Below, piece after piece: positions 36,667 through 46,322 of a DNA stretch of 64,000 nucleotides. The notes beneath the pieces are model-generated. The model saw only the letters and a list, made by a program, of their open reading frames with translations. It had not been told where the DNA came from and did not search any database. Made by a program: the position numbers and the translations under genes. This DNA comes from a virus (Duplodnaviria > Caudoviricetes), in the IMG/VR virus record IMGVR_UViG_3300033073_001881, positions 1 through 64,000 of that record; one strand, given 5' to 3'. The stretch's first letter is position 1, and each line of letters begins with the position of its first letter.

Positions 36667-37316
36667 TCATCACCATAAAAAGATGAGCTAATTCCATCTT
36701 CCTTAACCTTTTTAGGACCTGTTATAGGCGCATCAAGCACTCCATTTTTCTGAAGCTCTCTAACATCATTTGTTTCACCAGCTGAATTTGTACTTGCACC
36801 GCGCTGTTGCTCGAATGTTTTTTGAACTGAATCTGCCTCTGTAAATTTGACGCTGGTTGGGCCAAGTGGATTTTTACCAATTTGTCCTTCACGTGCCTGT
36901 TTTCCAATTAACTTGTAGCCTGTTAAATGTTCAACCTGTCCAAATATTTTACTAATAGCTATTTTTGATGTCACTTCATAAAAAATAGAGCCATAAGAAA
37001 AATAATCGCCTTCTCTAACAATAATGTTTTTATCTAATAGATCTCTTTGATGAATTAACGCATTAGCAGATCCTCTAGTTTCAGAACCAAATTGATTAGT
37101 GCTAACTGTTGGAGCTTCCCATTCAACAAGTGCCTCTATTTCAATAGGAGGATTGAATATTTTTTCAACAGCTTCTTCGTAAATATCGTGAACTTGAGTT
37201 AAATCTTCCCTTACTCGATAGTAGTAAATTTTTTGACCAATTACATCTTTGATGATCTCTTTGGTTATGTCACTAATAAAATCTAATTCCCTTTCAGTGA
37301 TAAAAAGCCTTGCCAT
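36663..37316 (-). CDS. Neck / head-closure protein (gp14-like)
   Basis: IGQKIYYY, IYEEAVEKIF...IEALVEW, REGDYFSYG..FYEV; position after gp13. Confidence 0.65.
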   Translation of the reverse strand: MARLFITERELDFISDITKEIIKDVIGQKIYYYRVREDLTQVHDIYEEAVEKIFNPPIEIEALVEWEAPTVSTNQFGSETRGSANALIHQRDLLDKNIIVREGDYFSYGSIFYEVTSKIAISKIFGQVEHLTGYKLIGKQAREGQIGKNPLGPTSVKFTEADSVQKTFEQQRGASTNSAGETNDVRELQKNGVLDAPITGPKKVKEDGISSSFYGDE

Positions 37317-37319
37317 TTT

Positions 37320-38489
37320 TTATCCTATCATAATCGCGCGACCCATTGGAATAGGCACGGCTTTTAGAACTTTTTGAAGATTATCTATTTTGGCAGCTTC
37401 GGCCTCTAAAAGTTTATCATAAGTCATGGTATCAAGCATTTCTCGAAGCTGCGTTATTAATTTTTCTTTTTCTTCTCTTCCTTGACTTATTAAATCAGAA
37501 CCATTTAATTGCAATTCTCCTCCTGGAATAGGAACAGAACCGAATTTAGATCTAACAAGACCAAGAAGTTCCTTGCTTAAAGCAAGAGTGAATTGTCTTG
37601 TCCATTGTCTTCCTATTGAATTAATTCTGCTATAAACAAAATTACCAAATGGAACGTTGGATAGGTTGTTTATTCCGTTAATACTATCTGTTGGAATTGA
37701 AGGATTTAAAGGATCATTTGGAAATCCAACTCTAAACCAAAGCCTTGGTTGAATATCGGCAACTGGAGTTGGAAATATTCTTAACTTGGTGCCTGATATC
37801 ATATAGCTATAGTTTGATCTTCTAACCTTATTAGATATTGCCATCTGGCCGCCACGAAGAATATCCTCGAATACAGGCAAGACATAGAAAACAGTTTCAG
37901 GAGTAAATGATTCAAAGCTAAATTCGTTGTTAAGATAATTGATAGCAGATGTTGTATCGAAAAATCTATATGCAGCCTGAGGACTATAATGCATTACTTC
38001 AAATATCTTCATTTTACCATGTAGAGAATTTAGAGATGATGAAACCAGAGGAACGCTTGCACCATCAACTAGATCTGTGTATAGATCGTAGTCTTGTCTA
38101 CCTTGAACAAGCTGTATAGAGCCAGAAACTGTATTATAGCTTCCTCCAAGGCCTGCGTTAGATGCATAAGGCTCTGCAAGTCTTAAAGCAAATTCAAGTG
38201 TTTGCAAAGGGTATTTCTGCTCTGAACCATTTAATGAACCTGTTGAGGCGCCAAGAAGACTTGACAATTGGGACTTTGCCTGATACTGATTTACTATCGC
38301 GCCATATTCGCAGAAAGCTTCTTCAAAACATGCCCAAATTTGTTTTGATGTGAGTTCTACAGAAAGAATGTCATCACCAAGCTTTCTTTTCACAAATGTG
38401 ACCATTGAATCAGCCTCGTTTTGAAAATCCGCGTCTGAATCAAAGAAACCAAACGGAGTTGGCGATAATGTAGTTGCAAAGCTTGGCAT
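37320..38489 (-). CDS. Neck / head-tail adaptor (gp13-like)
   Basis: KRKLGDDILSVELT..QI, ALSKELLGLVRSKFGSVPIPGGELQLNGSDLISQGREEKEKL. Confidence 0.8.
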   Translation of the reverse strand: MPSFATTLSPTPFGFFDSDADFQNEADSMVTFVKRKLGDDILSVELTSKQIWACFEEAFCEYGAIVNQYQAKSQLSSLLGASTGSLNGSEQKYPLQTLEFALRLAEPYASNAGLGGSYNTVSGSIQLVQGRQDYDLYTDLVDGASVPLVSSSLNSLHGKMKIFEVMHYSPQAAYRFFDTTSAINYLNNEFSFESFTPETVFYVLPVFEDILRGGQMAISNKVRRSNYSYMISGTKLRIFPTPVADIQPRLWFRVGFPNDPLNPSIPTDSINGINNLSNVPFGNFVYSRINSIGRQWTRQFTLALSKELLGLVRSKFGSVPIPGGELQLNGSDLISQGREEKEKLITQLREMLDTMTYDKLLEAEAAKIDNLQKVLKAVPIPMGRAIMIG

Positions 38490-38537
38490 TACTTCTCCTC
38501 TTGCTATCTAATAAGTATGTTGAAGATTTAATTTAAA

Positions 38538-39086
38538 CTAATCGTTTTCATTATAGCCTGTCACGGTTCTATCTGCATATTTTTTAGAAATATATTTTGA
38601 TAAAGCGTTTGTTATGTTTGGAACTTTTGCTTCATCAGGTAGATCTTCGAATTGTTTAGTTGCTTGATTTAAAAAGTTATCTTCAACAGTATCATCAACT
38701 ATTCTGGAAATTTCATCATCGACATTAAGAAAATCAAGATGTGTGTCTGTTTTCTTTTCATCGGACTGAGAATACATTTGTTTTAAAGTTTTAGCCATGG
38801 TCCACGCACCTTTAGCAGCTAGTGCAGGAGGAAAAATAGTAGCAAGACTACCAACGATAGCGTCAACTGCAGCATCTTTGACCACGGCTCCACCTTTTTC
38901 TGCTCTTTTTTCGCTATTGATGATTTTAATTAATTCTCGTAAATCTTTCATAGTGCTAATATCAGGATTAATTTTGTTTGATTTCGACTTTTGTCTTAAA
39001 ATATCCTTCAAAGAAGCTTCATGAATACTTCTAATTTCTTTAGAAATGATTTCTCTAAGTTTTGATTCTTTTATTTGCATGTTCAT
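38538..39086 (-). CDS. Hypothetical protein with IKESKLREIISKEI N-terminal helix
   Basis: 182-aa ORF; ATACTTA upstream (39102-39108). Confidence 0.7.
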   Translation of the reverse strand: MNMQIKESKLREIISKEIRSIHEASLKDILRQKSKSNKINPDISTMKDLRELIKIINSEKRAEKGGAVVKDAAVDAIVGSLATIFPPALAAKGAWTMAKTLKQMYSQSDEKKTDTHLDFLNVDDEISRIVDDTVEDNFLNQATKQFEDLPDEAKVPNITNALSKYISKKYADRTVTGYNEND

Positions 39087-39131
39087 CTCGCGCTTTTATA
39101 ATAAGTATGTCGAAACCCGCTTATTGATAAT

Positions 39132-39166
39132 AAAAAAACAGCCGACCTTGAAGGTCGGCTGTTTTT
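39132..39166 (-). terminator. Intrinsic terminator after the major capsid gene
   Basis: CAGCCGACCT/AGGTCGGCTG stem flanked by A7 and T5 tracts (bidirectional). Confidence 0.9.
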
Positions 39167-39181
39167 CATCTAGTTTCTAGA

Positions 39182-41104
39182 TTAGATGATGTTGAGATCA
39201 AGAACGGTAACGGTACCGTAGAAGTCTGAACGAACCATCTTCTTGCCGTAGCGGGTCATAACGCCCTTACGAGGAGTGAAGTCCTCTGGAGCAAAGATTG
39301 TTGGGGTGACAATCAATGGAACATATGGAGCGTAGACATAACCGGTCTCGAGGTATGAAGTGCCCTTGAAGCCGACGAGGATCTTGTTACGTGGGAAGTA
39401 AGGATCCTTGTAGACTGTGAAGCGATTGCTGAGAGTACCGACCTTCTCTGCGCCGAGGGTCATTGTTGCACCGACCTGGCCCGAACCGTCGATTGAGTAA
39501 ACTGGCTTGTAGAAGACAGATGCCTCAAGGATGGTTGCTACATCAGGTGAAACCACGATGTAGTTTGCAGAACCGCGGAGGGTCTTACGATGGATCTCGT
39601 TAGCAACATCGATGATTGTCTCGATGAGGGTCTCGTACCATTCACGGACGTTACCAGTGAATGCAGGACCTGGCTGGGTTGAAGCACGGGTGATGACAGC
39701 GCCTGTTGCCTTGTTAAGGAACTTGCCAGGAGCACGTGACCAGTAGTAGTTTGCGCCAGTACCATTGGTGAGGAGGTCGTTGAGGATCTCGCGGTCGAGT
39801 TCCATTGCGATCTGCTCTGAAAGGATCTGGGTGAGCTCAACCTCTGCATCCAATGAGTGGTATGCGTTGAGGTCTTGTGCGAGCTCTGGTGACCACTTGG
39901 CCTTGAGCTTACGAGTTGATGCAACGACTGAGATTGCCTCAATCTTGATATCAATCTCTGGAATCACTGGTGAAGGTGAAGTTGCGCTGAGGTTTGACTC
40001 GAAAGTTGGAATAACGAGTGCGGTACCATCACTGTCGGTTTCGAGAACTGAAGTGGTTGGGTAGGTGATTCTGAGGTAGCCGTAATCAGCAGGATCGACC
40101 TTGGTACCTGAAACAATCATGAGGATTGCTGCACCACCAACACCATTGACTGCGAAGCCATTTGGTGTAAACACATTGGTTGTGCTATTCCAGTTTCCAA
40201 GACGGTTGAGTCGACGAACGTTAAGAACACCGGTACCACCCTGCATTGTTTGTGGAATAGCGATAAGGTCTGTATCACCACTTACTGAAGCGGGGTCGCC
40301 GTAGACAAGCGCGAATTCCTTAACCATTGTGCCATCAGCGTTGGTTGCGATACCAGCGGCTGGGCTAAATGGAACAACAAGTGCGAGGAACTTGCCGCCT
40401 GCATCATCAATGAAGCTGGTGACCTGTGGATCGAACTGAAGAAGTTTGCCGTCTGAACCGGATGAAGTAAGGGTCTTTGTTGGATCGATTACAGCGCCGG
40501 TACCATAAGCACCTGATGCAAACATATTGGTTCCTGCAGTTCCACCTGCGAAAACGCTTCCGCTATGAACCTTGGAGAAGCTGCTACCAACGAGGTCATA
40601 CATACCGCCAGTTGCTAACGAACCGCTGATGATACCTTTACCTGTTGGTGCATTGTAGATTGACTGACCAACTGAGTAGGTTGAAGTAGTACCAGATGCA
40701 TCGCTACCATCGATTCCTGTTGTGCCACCGCGGTTAGAACCGTAGGTGTAGTCGAGGAAGAAGAGGAGGCCTGATGGAAGGCTCATTGGCTGAATGGAGA
40801 CGAGGTCGTTGGCAACGAGACCACCGAATACACGACGAACCATTGGGAATGCGATGTTGGTGAAGCCGCGGATATCACCTGATGATGAAGTACCACCTGC
40901 GCCAAGACCGATTGAGTTTGCTTCCTTTAGAAGATGTGCGGTTTCGTTCTCGAGGAGGCGTGCCATGTTCTCTTTCTTGTAGCCATCAAGACCACGAAGA
41001 AGACCGGTACGATTCCACTTCTCAAGAAGTTTCTTGTTTTCTGCACCGAGGTGACGCTCACGAATGCCCTCAGCAAGTTGATCTAATGTAAATGACTTTG
41101 ACAT
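39182..41104 (-). CDS. gp23: Major capsid protein (T4 gp23-like, 640 aa)
   Basis: FPMVRRVFGGLVANDLVSIQPMSLPSGL, TRKLKAKWSPELAQDL, EIDREI pattern (ELDREI), GYVYAPYVPL, FTPRKGVMTRYG. Confidence 0.97.
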   Translation of the reverse strand: MSKSFTLDQLAEGIRERHLGAENKKLLEKWNRTGLLRGLDGYKKENMARLLENETAHLLKEANSIGLGAGGTSSSGDIRGFTNIAFPMVRRVFGGLVANDLVSIQPMSLPSGLLFFLDYTYGSNRGGTTGIDGSDASGTTSTYSVGQSIYNAPTGKGIISGSLATGGMYDLVGSSFSKVHSGSVFAGGTAGTNMFASGAYGTGAVIDPTKTLTSSGSDGKLLQFDPQVTSFIDDAGGKFLALVVPFSPAAGIATNADGTMVKEFALVYGDPASVSGDTDLIAIPQTMQGGTGVLNVRRLNRLGNWNSTTNVFTPNGFAVNGVGGAAILMIVSGTKVDPADYGYLRITYPTTSVLETDSDGTALVIPTFESNLSATSPSPVIPEIDIKIEAISVVASTRKLKAKWSPELAQDLNAYHSLDAEVELTQILSEQIAMELDREILNDLLTNGTGANYYWSRAPGKFLNKATGAVITRASTQPGPAFTGNVREWYETLIETIIDVANEIHRKTLRGSANYIVVSPDVATILEASVFYKPVYSIDGSGQVGATMTLGAEKVGTLSNRFTVYKDPYFPRNKILVGFKGTSYLETGYVYAPYVPLIVTPTIFAPEDFTPRKGVMTRYGKKMVRSDFYGTVTVLDLNII

Positions 41105-41158
41105 AATTTAATTTCTCCTTTGTTTTTAGGTATTATCTAACTTGACGGTCCCGGCCTA

Positions 41159-43003
41159 TCAGGCCTTGTCGTTCCCGATACCGGCCAAAACAGCCCAGCG
41201 ATTCACCTCGACGGATTCGTTAATCATGCCACCTGGCCTCGTCGATCTGGAAGAATTGCCCACTGTTCTGTTGGTTCCTTCTGCAAGACGATCTGTCTTT
41301 CTTGTTAGAGCTTCATTGAGGCTCTTGTAAAGAAGATCGGCTTCACGAATAGTCTTTGCAGAATCAAGAGCTTCAACAACAGCTTTAAGCTTGTTCTGTG
41401 GAAGCGATGAATCACGCATTAACTTTGTTACATAAAGAAGCTTTGCATTGAAAAGCTTCTGTGCTTCAAGCTGCTTATTGAGCTTGGCAGCATTTTGACT
41501 GGACTCTTTAAGGCGAGCAGCGAGTTCACGATTTCTGCGTGACTCCTTTACTGACTCTTTCTTCTTGTCGTCCTTATCAGCTTCGTCGAGATCCTTTTTA
41601 GTAGGCTTTTTGGCCTCTTTCTTAAGTTTCTCATTTTCTGAAACATTTGCATTTAGCTTAACTGAATCGTAAGACTTAATTGTTTTTTCTGGCTTACCGC
41701 CGAATGACTCGGTAGGATCTGCCTCTTCACGAAGCTTACGAAGTCTAACGAGTTCACGACGAAGCATACTTTCATCGATGCTGAAGGTTGCGCCTTCATC
41801 CATTTCATCAGCCTTATCAGCTTCATCCATTTCGTCGCCTTCATCCATTTCGTCAGTCTCGTCCATTTCGTAAACAGACTCGTCTACTTCGTCATAATGG
41901 CTCATTTCGTCAGTCTCCATATTCATTTCGTCCATTTCATCTTTGACTTCGAGATCATCATCACCAAAATCAAAGTCATCGCCAGATGAATCGTCAGAAT
42001 CACCAGCATCATCAGTGTCATCAGAAACCTTTAATCCGATAGCGGATGCCAGCTGTTGAACTGCTGATTTGATGGCGTCCATGTCCATTTCGCCTGATTC
42101 TTCTGACTCTCCAGAGGTGTCTTCATCCTCTGTATCTTCGTCAGCCTCATCAGCCTCATCAGCCTCATCCATTTCATCAGCTTCATCCATCTCGTCGGTT
42201 TCTTTCATTTCGCTTTCGTCAGTTTCTACAAGTCTTGCGCGCTTCTCTTCACGCTCTAGCAGTGTACGAAGTAATTTTCTTGTTGACATTTCTTTAATCT
42301 CCTTTAGTAGCAATTTAAACTCTTTTGTCGAAGTTTCTCTAAGCTTGCCAGCAGGAATTTTATCAATTTCCTTCTGGAGGTTTGTGGCCTGCTTAACAAG
42401 CCTATTAAATTTCTCAACAATTCGAAGAGCAGCTACGTTTGTTTTTCTGCCTTCACTAAGGGCATTGAGATCCCTTCCAAAAGATTTGAGACTAATTCTT
42501 GCTTCATGAACCTTGTCTCTTAAGGTTGCTTTACCATCAATAATGCTAAGTAAAGCGTTTATCGAATCTCGCGAAAGTTCAATTCCTTCGCTATTAAGCT
42601 GCTGCTTATCACCTTCAAATTCAATATTAATTTTTTTAACTCCCTTTAAAGGAAGCTGTGCAAGCCCACCAGATGAATCAACAGACATTTGATCATTAAC
42701 CAATTCTCCATCATCGGCCATTCCTGAGCCTGTATCATCAAGATCGGTATCACTGTCCATATCTTCGACAGTGTCGTCATCGTCTTCGATGTCGTCCATT
42801 TCATCACCTGGCTTGTCCTCTAATGATGCAACTATGGCGTCAATATCTTCATCTTCATTCTGAAGAGAATTTTCGAGGAGGCTTCTTTCTACAAGTTTTC
42901 GAATTCGAGGTGCCACAGTTTCGACGAGCTTGTTAGTGGCATTTTCTTCAGCCATTCTAACAAGTTCTTTTGCATCTGCAATTGCCTCATCGTAAAGCGA
43001 CAT
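41159..43003 (-). CDS. Prohead scaffold/core protein (gp22-like)
   Basis: Very acidic, coiled coil; LFNAKLLY, A.TIREADLLY, C-terminal NES.EVNRWAVLAGI; directly upstream of gp23. Confidence 0.75.
   Translation of the reverse strand: MSLYDEAIADAKELVRMAEENATNKLVETVAPRIRKLVERSLLENSLQNEDEDIDAIVASLEDKPGDEMDDIEDDDDTVEDMDSDTDLDDTGSGMADDGELVNDQMSVDSSGGLAQLPLKGVKKINIEFEGDKQQLNSEGIELSRDSINALLSIIDGKATLRDKVHEARISLKSFGRDLNALSEGRKTNVAALRIVEKFNRLVKQATNLQKEIDKIPAGKLRETSTKEFKLLLKEIKEMSTRKLLRTLLEREEKRARLVETDESEMKETDEMDEADEMDEADEADEADEDTEDEDTSGESEESGEMDMDAIKSAVQQLASAIGLKVSDDTDDAGDSDDSSGDDFDFGDDDLEVKDEMDEMNMETDEMSHYDEVDESVYEMDETDEMDEGDEMDEADKADEMDEGATFSIDESMLRRELVRLRKLREEADPTESFGGKPEKTIKSYDSVKLNANVSENEKLKKEAKKPTKKDLDEADKDDKKKESVKESRRNRELAARLKESSQNAAKLNKQLEAQKLFNAKLLYVTKLMRDSSLPQNKLKAVVEALDSAKTIREADLLYKSLNEALTRKTDRLAEGTNRTVGNSSRSTRPGGMINESVEVNRWAVLAGIGNDKA
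41800..42200 (-). repeat. Low-complexity 9-bp (DEM/DEA) repeats in the scaffold gene
   Basis: ETDEMDEADEMDEADEADEADED and MDETDEMDEGDEMDEADKADEMDE; TCAGCCTCA / TCCATTTCA units. Confidence 0.8.
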
Positions 43004-43048
43004 TTCTATTCTCCGTGTTTTTAAGTATTATGCAACAAGTGAAAAATA

Positions 43049-43606
43049 TTACTTTTTTTCATTATTTGCGACAAATATTGTTCGAATAAGCTCTCGAAGC
43101 TTAATAAGTGTAGGATCTTCATTTTGATCTTCACTAGGATCTAACAAGATAGATGATCTTTGAGTTCCATGAGGTGTGCCACGAGTTCTTAAAACATTTT
43201 TTGTATTTTGCCACTGGTTAGTTGCCATCATTCCACTTTCACGATTATCATAAAGATCTGGAAATGGCACCATCGATGCCCTTGTTTGATTTCTGGCTAC
43301 TGATTCAAATCTAGTAGCGGCCCCAAAAAAATAAAAAGGATCAGTTTTCTTTACTGCCAAATTATCGGTTGGAACATAGGCTGATATTTTTTTACTAACC
43401 TTATGATCTAATTCGTCGTCTATTTCTTCATCGTCTATTTCTTTTTCGATTTCACTTGGTTCTTCTTTATAAGGATAAGAATCCTGATATTGTCTTTGAT
43501 CATGAAACCCGGACTGTGTCCCGTATCCAAGCCCAGTCCGGGCATCATAATTTGGAAAATTCGCGGGACCTCCCCCAATAGCCTCTTGAATTTTCTTTTT
43601 TCTCAT
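43049..43606 (-). CDS. Hypothetical head-region protein
   Basis: 185-aa ORF in the head cluster. Confidence 0.65.
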   Translation of the reverse strand: MRKKKIQEAIGGGPANFPNYDARTGLGYGTQSGFHDQRQYQDSYPYKEEPSEIEKEIDDEEIDDELDHKVSKKISAYVPTDNLAVKKTDPFYFFGAATRFESVARNQTRASMVPFPDLYDNRESGMMATNQWQNTKNVLRTRGTPHGTQRSSILLDPSEDQNEDPTLIKLRELIRTIFVANNEKK

Positions 43607-43612
43607 TTGATA

Positions 43613-44062
43613 CTAAATAATTCCAGAAATATTTGCTGATGAAACTGCTGGATCTCTTTCTTCCGCAGTCACTGGTGTCGATGAACCAGCATGTGCACCA
43701 TTGGTTGGAACTGTTCCATAACCTGCTGGGGCTGTGCCTAAATCTGCTGGATTTACCGAACCTTCTCCTGGACTCATTGGATTTGGAACCCATGCTGACG
43801 CTGGAAGGCCACCTGGGCCTGTTTCAACATCGGCATAACTTGGAGCGCCTGTGTAATCAAGACTGAAATTACCTACCTGCTGATTTTCTACGATCTCACC
43901 GTCGGTAAGCTTATCGTAATTTTGATTTCTAAAATCCATCATATCAACTGAAAGACCAGGTGAACCAGGAAACATAGACTGAAGGGATGCAGTGTCAGAT
44001 GAACCCTTACCACGAGTGGTCGATGTAACAGTTTGAATTGTTGGATATCTATAAGAACTCAT
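43613..44062 (-). CDS. Hypothetical Pro/Gly-rich head-region protein
   Basis: 149 aa; AAGGAG RBS; GGLPASAWVPNPMSPG. Confidence 0.7.
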   Translation of the reverse strand: MSSYRYPTIQTVTSTTRGKGSSDTASLQSMFPGSPGLSVDMMDFRNQNYDKLTDGEIVENQQVGNFSLDYTGAPSYADVETGPGGLPASAWVPNPMSPGEGSVNPADLGTAPAGYGTVPTNGAHAGSSTPVTAEERDPAVSSANISGII

Positions 44063-44081
44063 CTGAAACTCCTTTTACGAA

Positions 44082-44387
44082 TTATTTGTTGCGAAGAAGA
44101 CGTGCACGAACTGCTTTTTTGCTTTCGCTGATCTTCTTAAGTCTGTCCTGAAGAGCGCGCTCTTCAGCAACAAGCTGCTGGTATTTACGACGGAAGGTTT
44201 CCATCTTTGGAGCATGATCTTTCTTTGATTCAAGAGTGTCAGCATACTCGTCTGCATCAACTTCGGTTGGCTTATCCTCACCGATGTCTGAGCTTGACTT
44301 TGCAGCAGCTTCTAGCTGAAGCTTTCTCTTCTCTTCAAGGACAATTTGACGAAGAATCTGTGGTGTAAGTTTAATAGTTTTAGCCAT
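44082..44387 (-). CDS. Hypothetical head-region protein
   Basis: KLTPQILRQIVLEEKRKL N-terminus; AGGAG RBS; C-terminal coiled coil. Confidence 0.75.
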   Translation of the reverse strand: MAKTIKLTPQILRQIVLEEKRKLQLEAAAKSSSDIGEDKPTEVDADEYADTLESKKDHAPKMETFRRKYQQLVAEERALQDRLKKISESKKAVRARLLRNK

Positions 44388-44432
44388 GTTTTTTCTCCTG
44401 GAGCTTATGCTCTAATTTATTTATTCAGCACA

Positions 44433-44882
44433 CTAGGGTTTTCTCTTTTCTGCGAAGGCAATATTTGCCCAATTTTGTGATCCTTCAAAAAGAAGTGGAT
44501 CTAAACCAGTATCTACAATTGGATTTGCAGACGCTGGTGAATTTTTTTCTGATGTCATAGTTTCGACCAGACCACTATTGGCAGTTTCTGCAAACATTGC
44601 CGCCATGACAGGATCGTTTATAAGATTTAGAAATTGATCTGGAGATGCAGTCGTCTTTTTAGAACCTCGCTCTTTACCTCTGGGTGGTGCTCCACCCGGA
44701 AATATTTTCTCCAATGACGCCTTCGGTGGAAGAGGGGCGACAGCTTCTCTAACAACTTTTTCTGGCGTATTTCTATTTCTTACATTCTCTATAACAGTTT
44801 TAGGTGAACCCTCTATGATAATTTCAAGAAGGCACTCCTTAATGATAGCTTTTAACTCAGATCTTTTCAATTTTTTCTCCAT
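44433..44882 (-). CDS. Hypothetical head-region protein
   Basis: KLKRSELKAIIKECLLEI N-terminus; follows gp21. Confidence 0.7.
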   Translation of the reverse strand: MEKKLKRSELKAIIKECLLEIIIEGSPKTVIENVRNRNTPEKVVREAVAPLPPKASLEKIFPGGAPPRGKERGSKKTTASPDQFLNLINDPVMAAMFAETANSGLVETMTSEKNSPASANPIVDTGLDPLLFEGSQNWANIAFAEKRKP

Positions 44883-45481
44883 GAAAGAACATCATTAAAA
44901 ATTCTATCAATTCTATCTGCTTTTGTGAAGGTCTTTTTTAATTCGCTGCTAGAAATTTTTTTGCCTTCTGACATCATGAAAGCACCTGGTGTTGAAGGTT
45001 CTGCAACGAAATCCCAACAAATAAGCTGGAAATCGTCTTGAACTACCTGAGATTCTCCGTCTCTCTTAGTTGAACCTACACCACGAGATGAAATTCCAAG
45101 AGTCACACCTGATTCTACCAATGATTGCAAAATTTTACCCATTGGCGTATCAAGTAATTCAACCGTTCCGTAGCAAACATTTCCTTCCATGTAAGCTTCG
45201 CGAATAATATGACTTGCTCTTTCAAGCGCGACGACTGATGAATCTGGATGATCGCATTCCCCCAGAGCTCTATTTTCACGAATAAATTTCTGATAATTTC
45301 TAACTTCTCTTTCAAGAATAGAATGCGGATAAACTCTACCATTTTGGTTTAATGTTTCTGACTTTTGCAAAATTCCTTTCATTATAATTTTGCCGCCATT
45401 TTTCTCTCTGCTTTCTTTAATCATTTGCGGATTATAAGAGAAAGCAAGCCATTCTGTTAGTAATCTTTTTTCATTTGACAT
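44867..45481 (-). CDS. gp21: Prohead core protease (T4 gp21-like)
   Basis: NQNGRVY, ALGECDHP (His), ASHII, LDTPMGKI, LGISSRGVGS (Ser), DFVAEPSTPGAF. Confidence 0.95.
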   Translation of the reverse strand: MSNEKRLLTEWLAFSYNPQMIKESREKNGGKIIMKGILQKSETLNQNGRVYPHSILEREVRNYQKFIRENRALGECDHPDSSVVALERASHIIREAYMEGNVCYGTVELLDTPMGKILQSLVESGVTLGISSRGVGSTKRDGESQVVQDDFQLICWDFVAEPSTPGAFMMSEGKKISSSELKKTFTKADRIDRIFNDVLSWRKN

Positions 45482-46322
45482 TGTCACTTTCCTTTGATTC
45501 TTCAATAAGCTTTATTAAAGTTAAATAACGAGAAAGATCGGACTCATTAATATTTGTCATCGGAAGCTCATTAATTTCTTTAATAACAGGATCTATTTTT
45601 TCTGTCATAACTCCGCTATTATCAAATCTTAATTTGTTCACCGTTTGAATTGCTTTAGATTTTATTTCTTCACAATGTTCTTTAATAGAATTTTTATCAT
45701 TTCTTACCGAAGATTTGACAAAAGAGTTTATAAGTCTAATCTGTTCTTGACTGAGAGTATCACTATACTTTCTTACAAGTTTTTCTTGCATTAATCTAAG
45801 AGAAAGATTGGAAACTTCAGATTTATTTGGAATGCCTGATTGAGGAACCTGATTTTCCATTAAATAAGCGGCCACTTTTGATTCATAATTAATTCTATGA
45901 ATATTGACGGTGGACTCATCTTTTTTTCTCCATTCATTTAATAGGACCTGAACGGTTGCAAGCTTTCTATATTCTGGTATTTTGATATCAAAAAATCCTG
46001 GAAAGTCAAGTTTTTTATTTATGCTTCTAATCAAATTACCTTTTTCGATATCCAATTTTTTTGCATCATGCAATTTAGAGGCGTCTTTTGCCTCGCCGAG
46101 CACTCTAAATGCAAAACTTTCAGTAGGCACGGTTGTTTGAATTAGCGCGTTAAAAAGCCTGAATTCTTTATATAGTTCTGTTCCTTGCTTAAAATGCTCT
46201 TTCAATATCTGCATTGCAATTTCGGCCTTGTCCTGCTTGCCTTCAAGAATGCATCTAGATGCATATCTAATAAGCTGCTCGTAAATTAGACCGACATTAC
46301 GCTTTTTATTGTGATTACTCAT
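45471..46322 (-). CDS. Conserved hypothetical head protein between portal and protease
   Basis: MSNHNKKRNVGLIYEQLIR...; helical; overlaps both neighbours. Confidence 0.7.
   Translation of the reverse strand: MSNHNKKRNVGLIYEQLIRYASRCILEGKQDKAEIAMQILKEHFKQGTELYKEFRLFNALIQTTVPTESFAFRVLGEAKDASKLHDAKKLDIEKGNLIRSINKKLDFPGFFDIKIPEYRKLATVQVLLNEWRKKDESTVNIHRINYESKVAAYLMENQVPQSGIPNKSEVSNLSLRLMQEKLVRKYSDTLSQEQIRLINSFVKSSVRNDKNSIKEHCEEIKSKAIQTVNKLRFDNSGVMTEKIDPVIKEINELPMTNINESDLSRYLTLIKLIEESKESDNVK

Noticed and set aside
12747-42200. Short repeats as CRISPR array or DGR template/variable repeats
   Set aside because: The repeats are in-frame low-complexity coding units without unique spacers; no cas or reverse transcriptase gene is present.
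43508-43542. 9-bp inverted repeat CCCGGACTG/CAGTCCGGG
   Set aside because: It is inside a coding region with a 17-nt loop, no U tract and no RBS link; probably chance.
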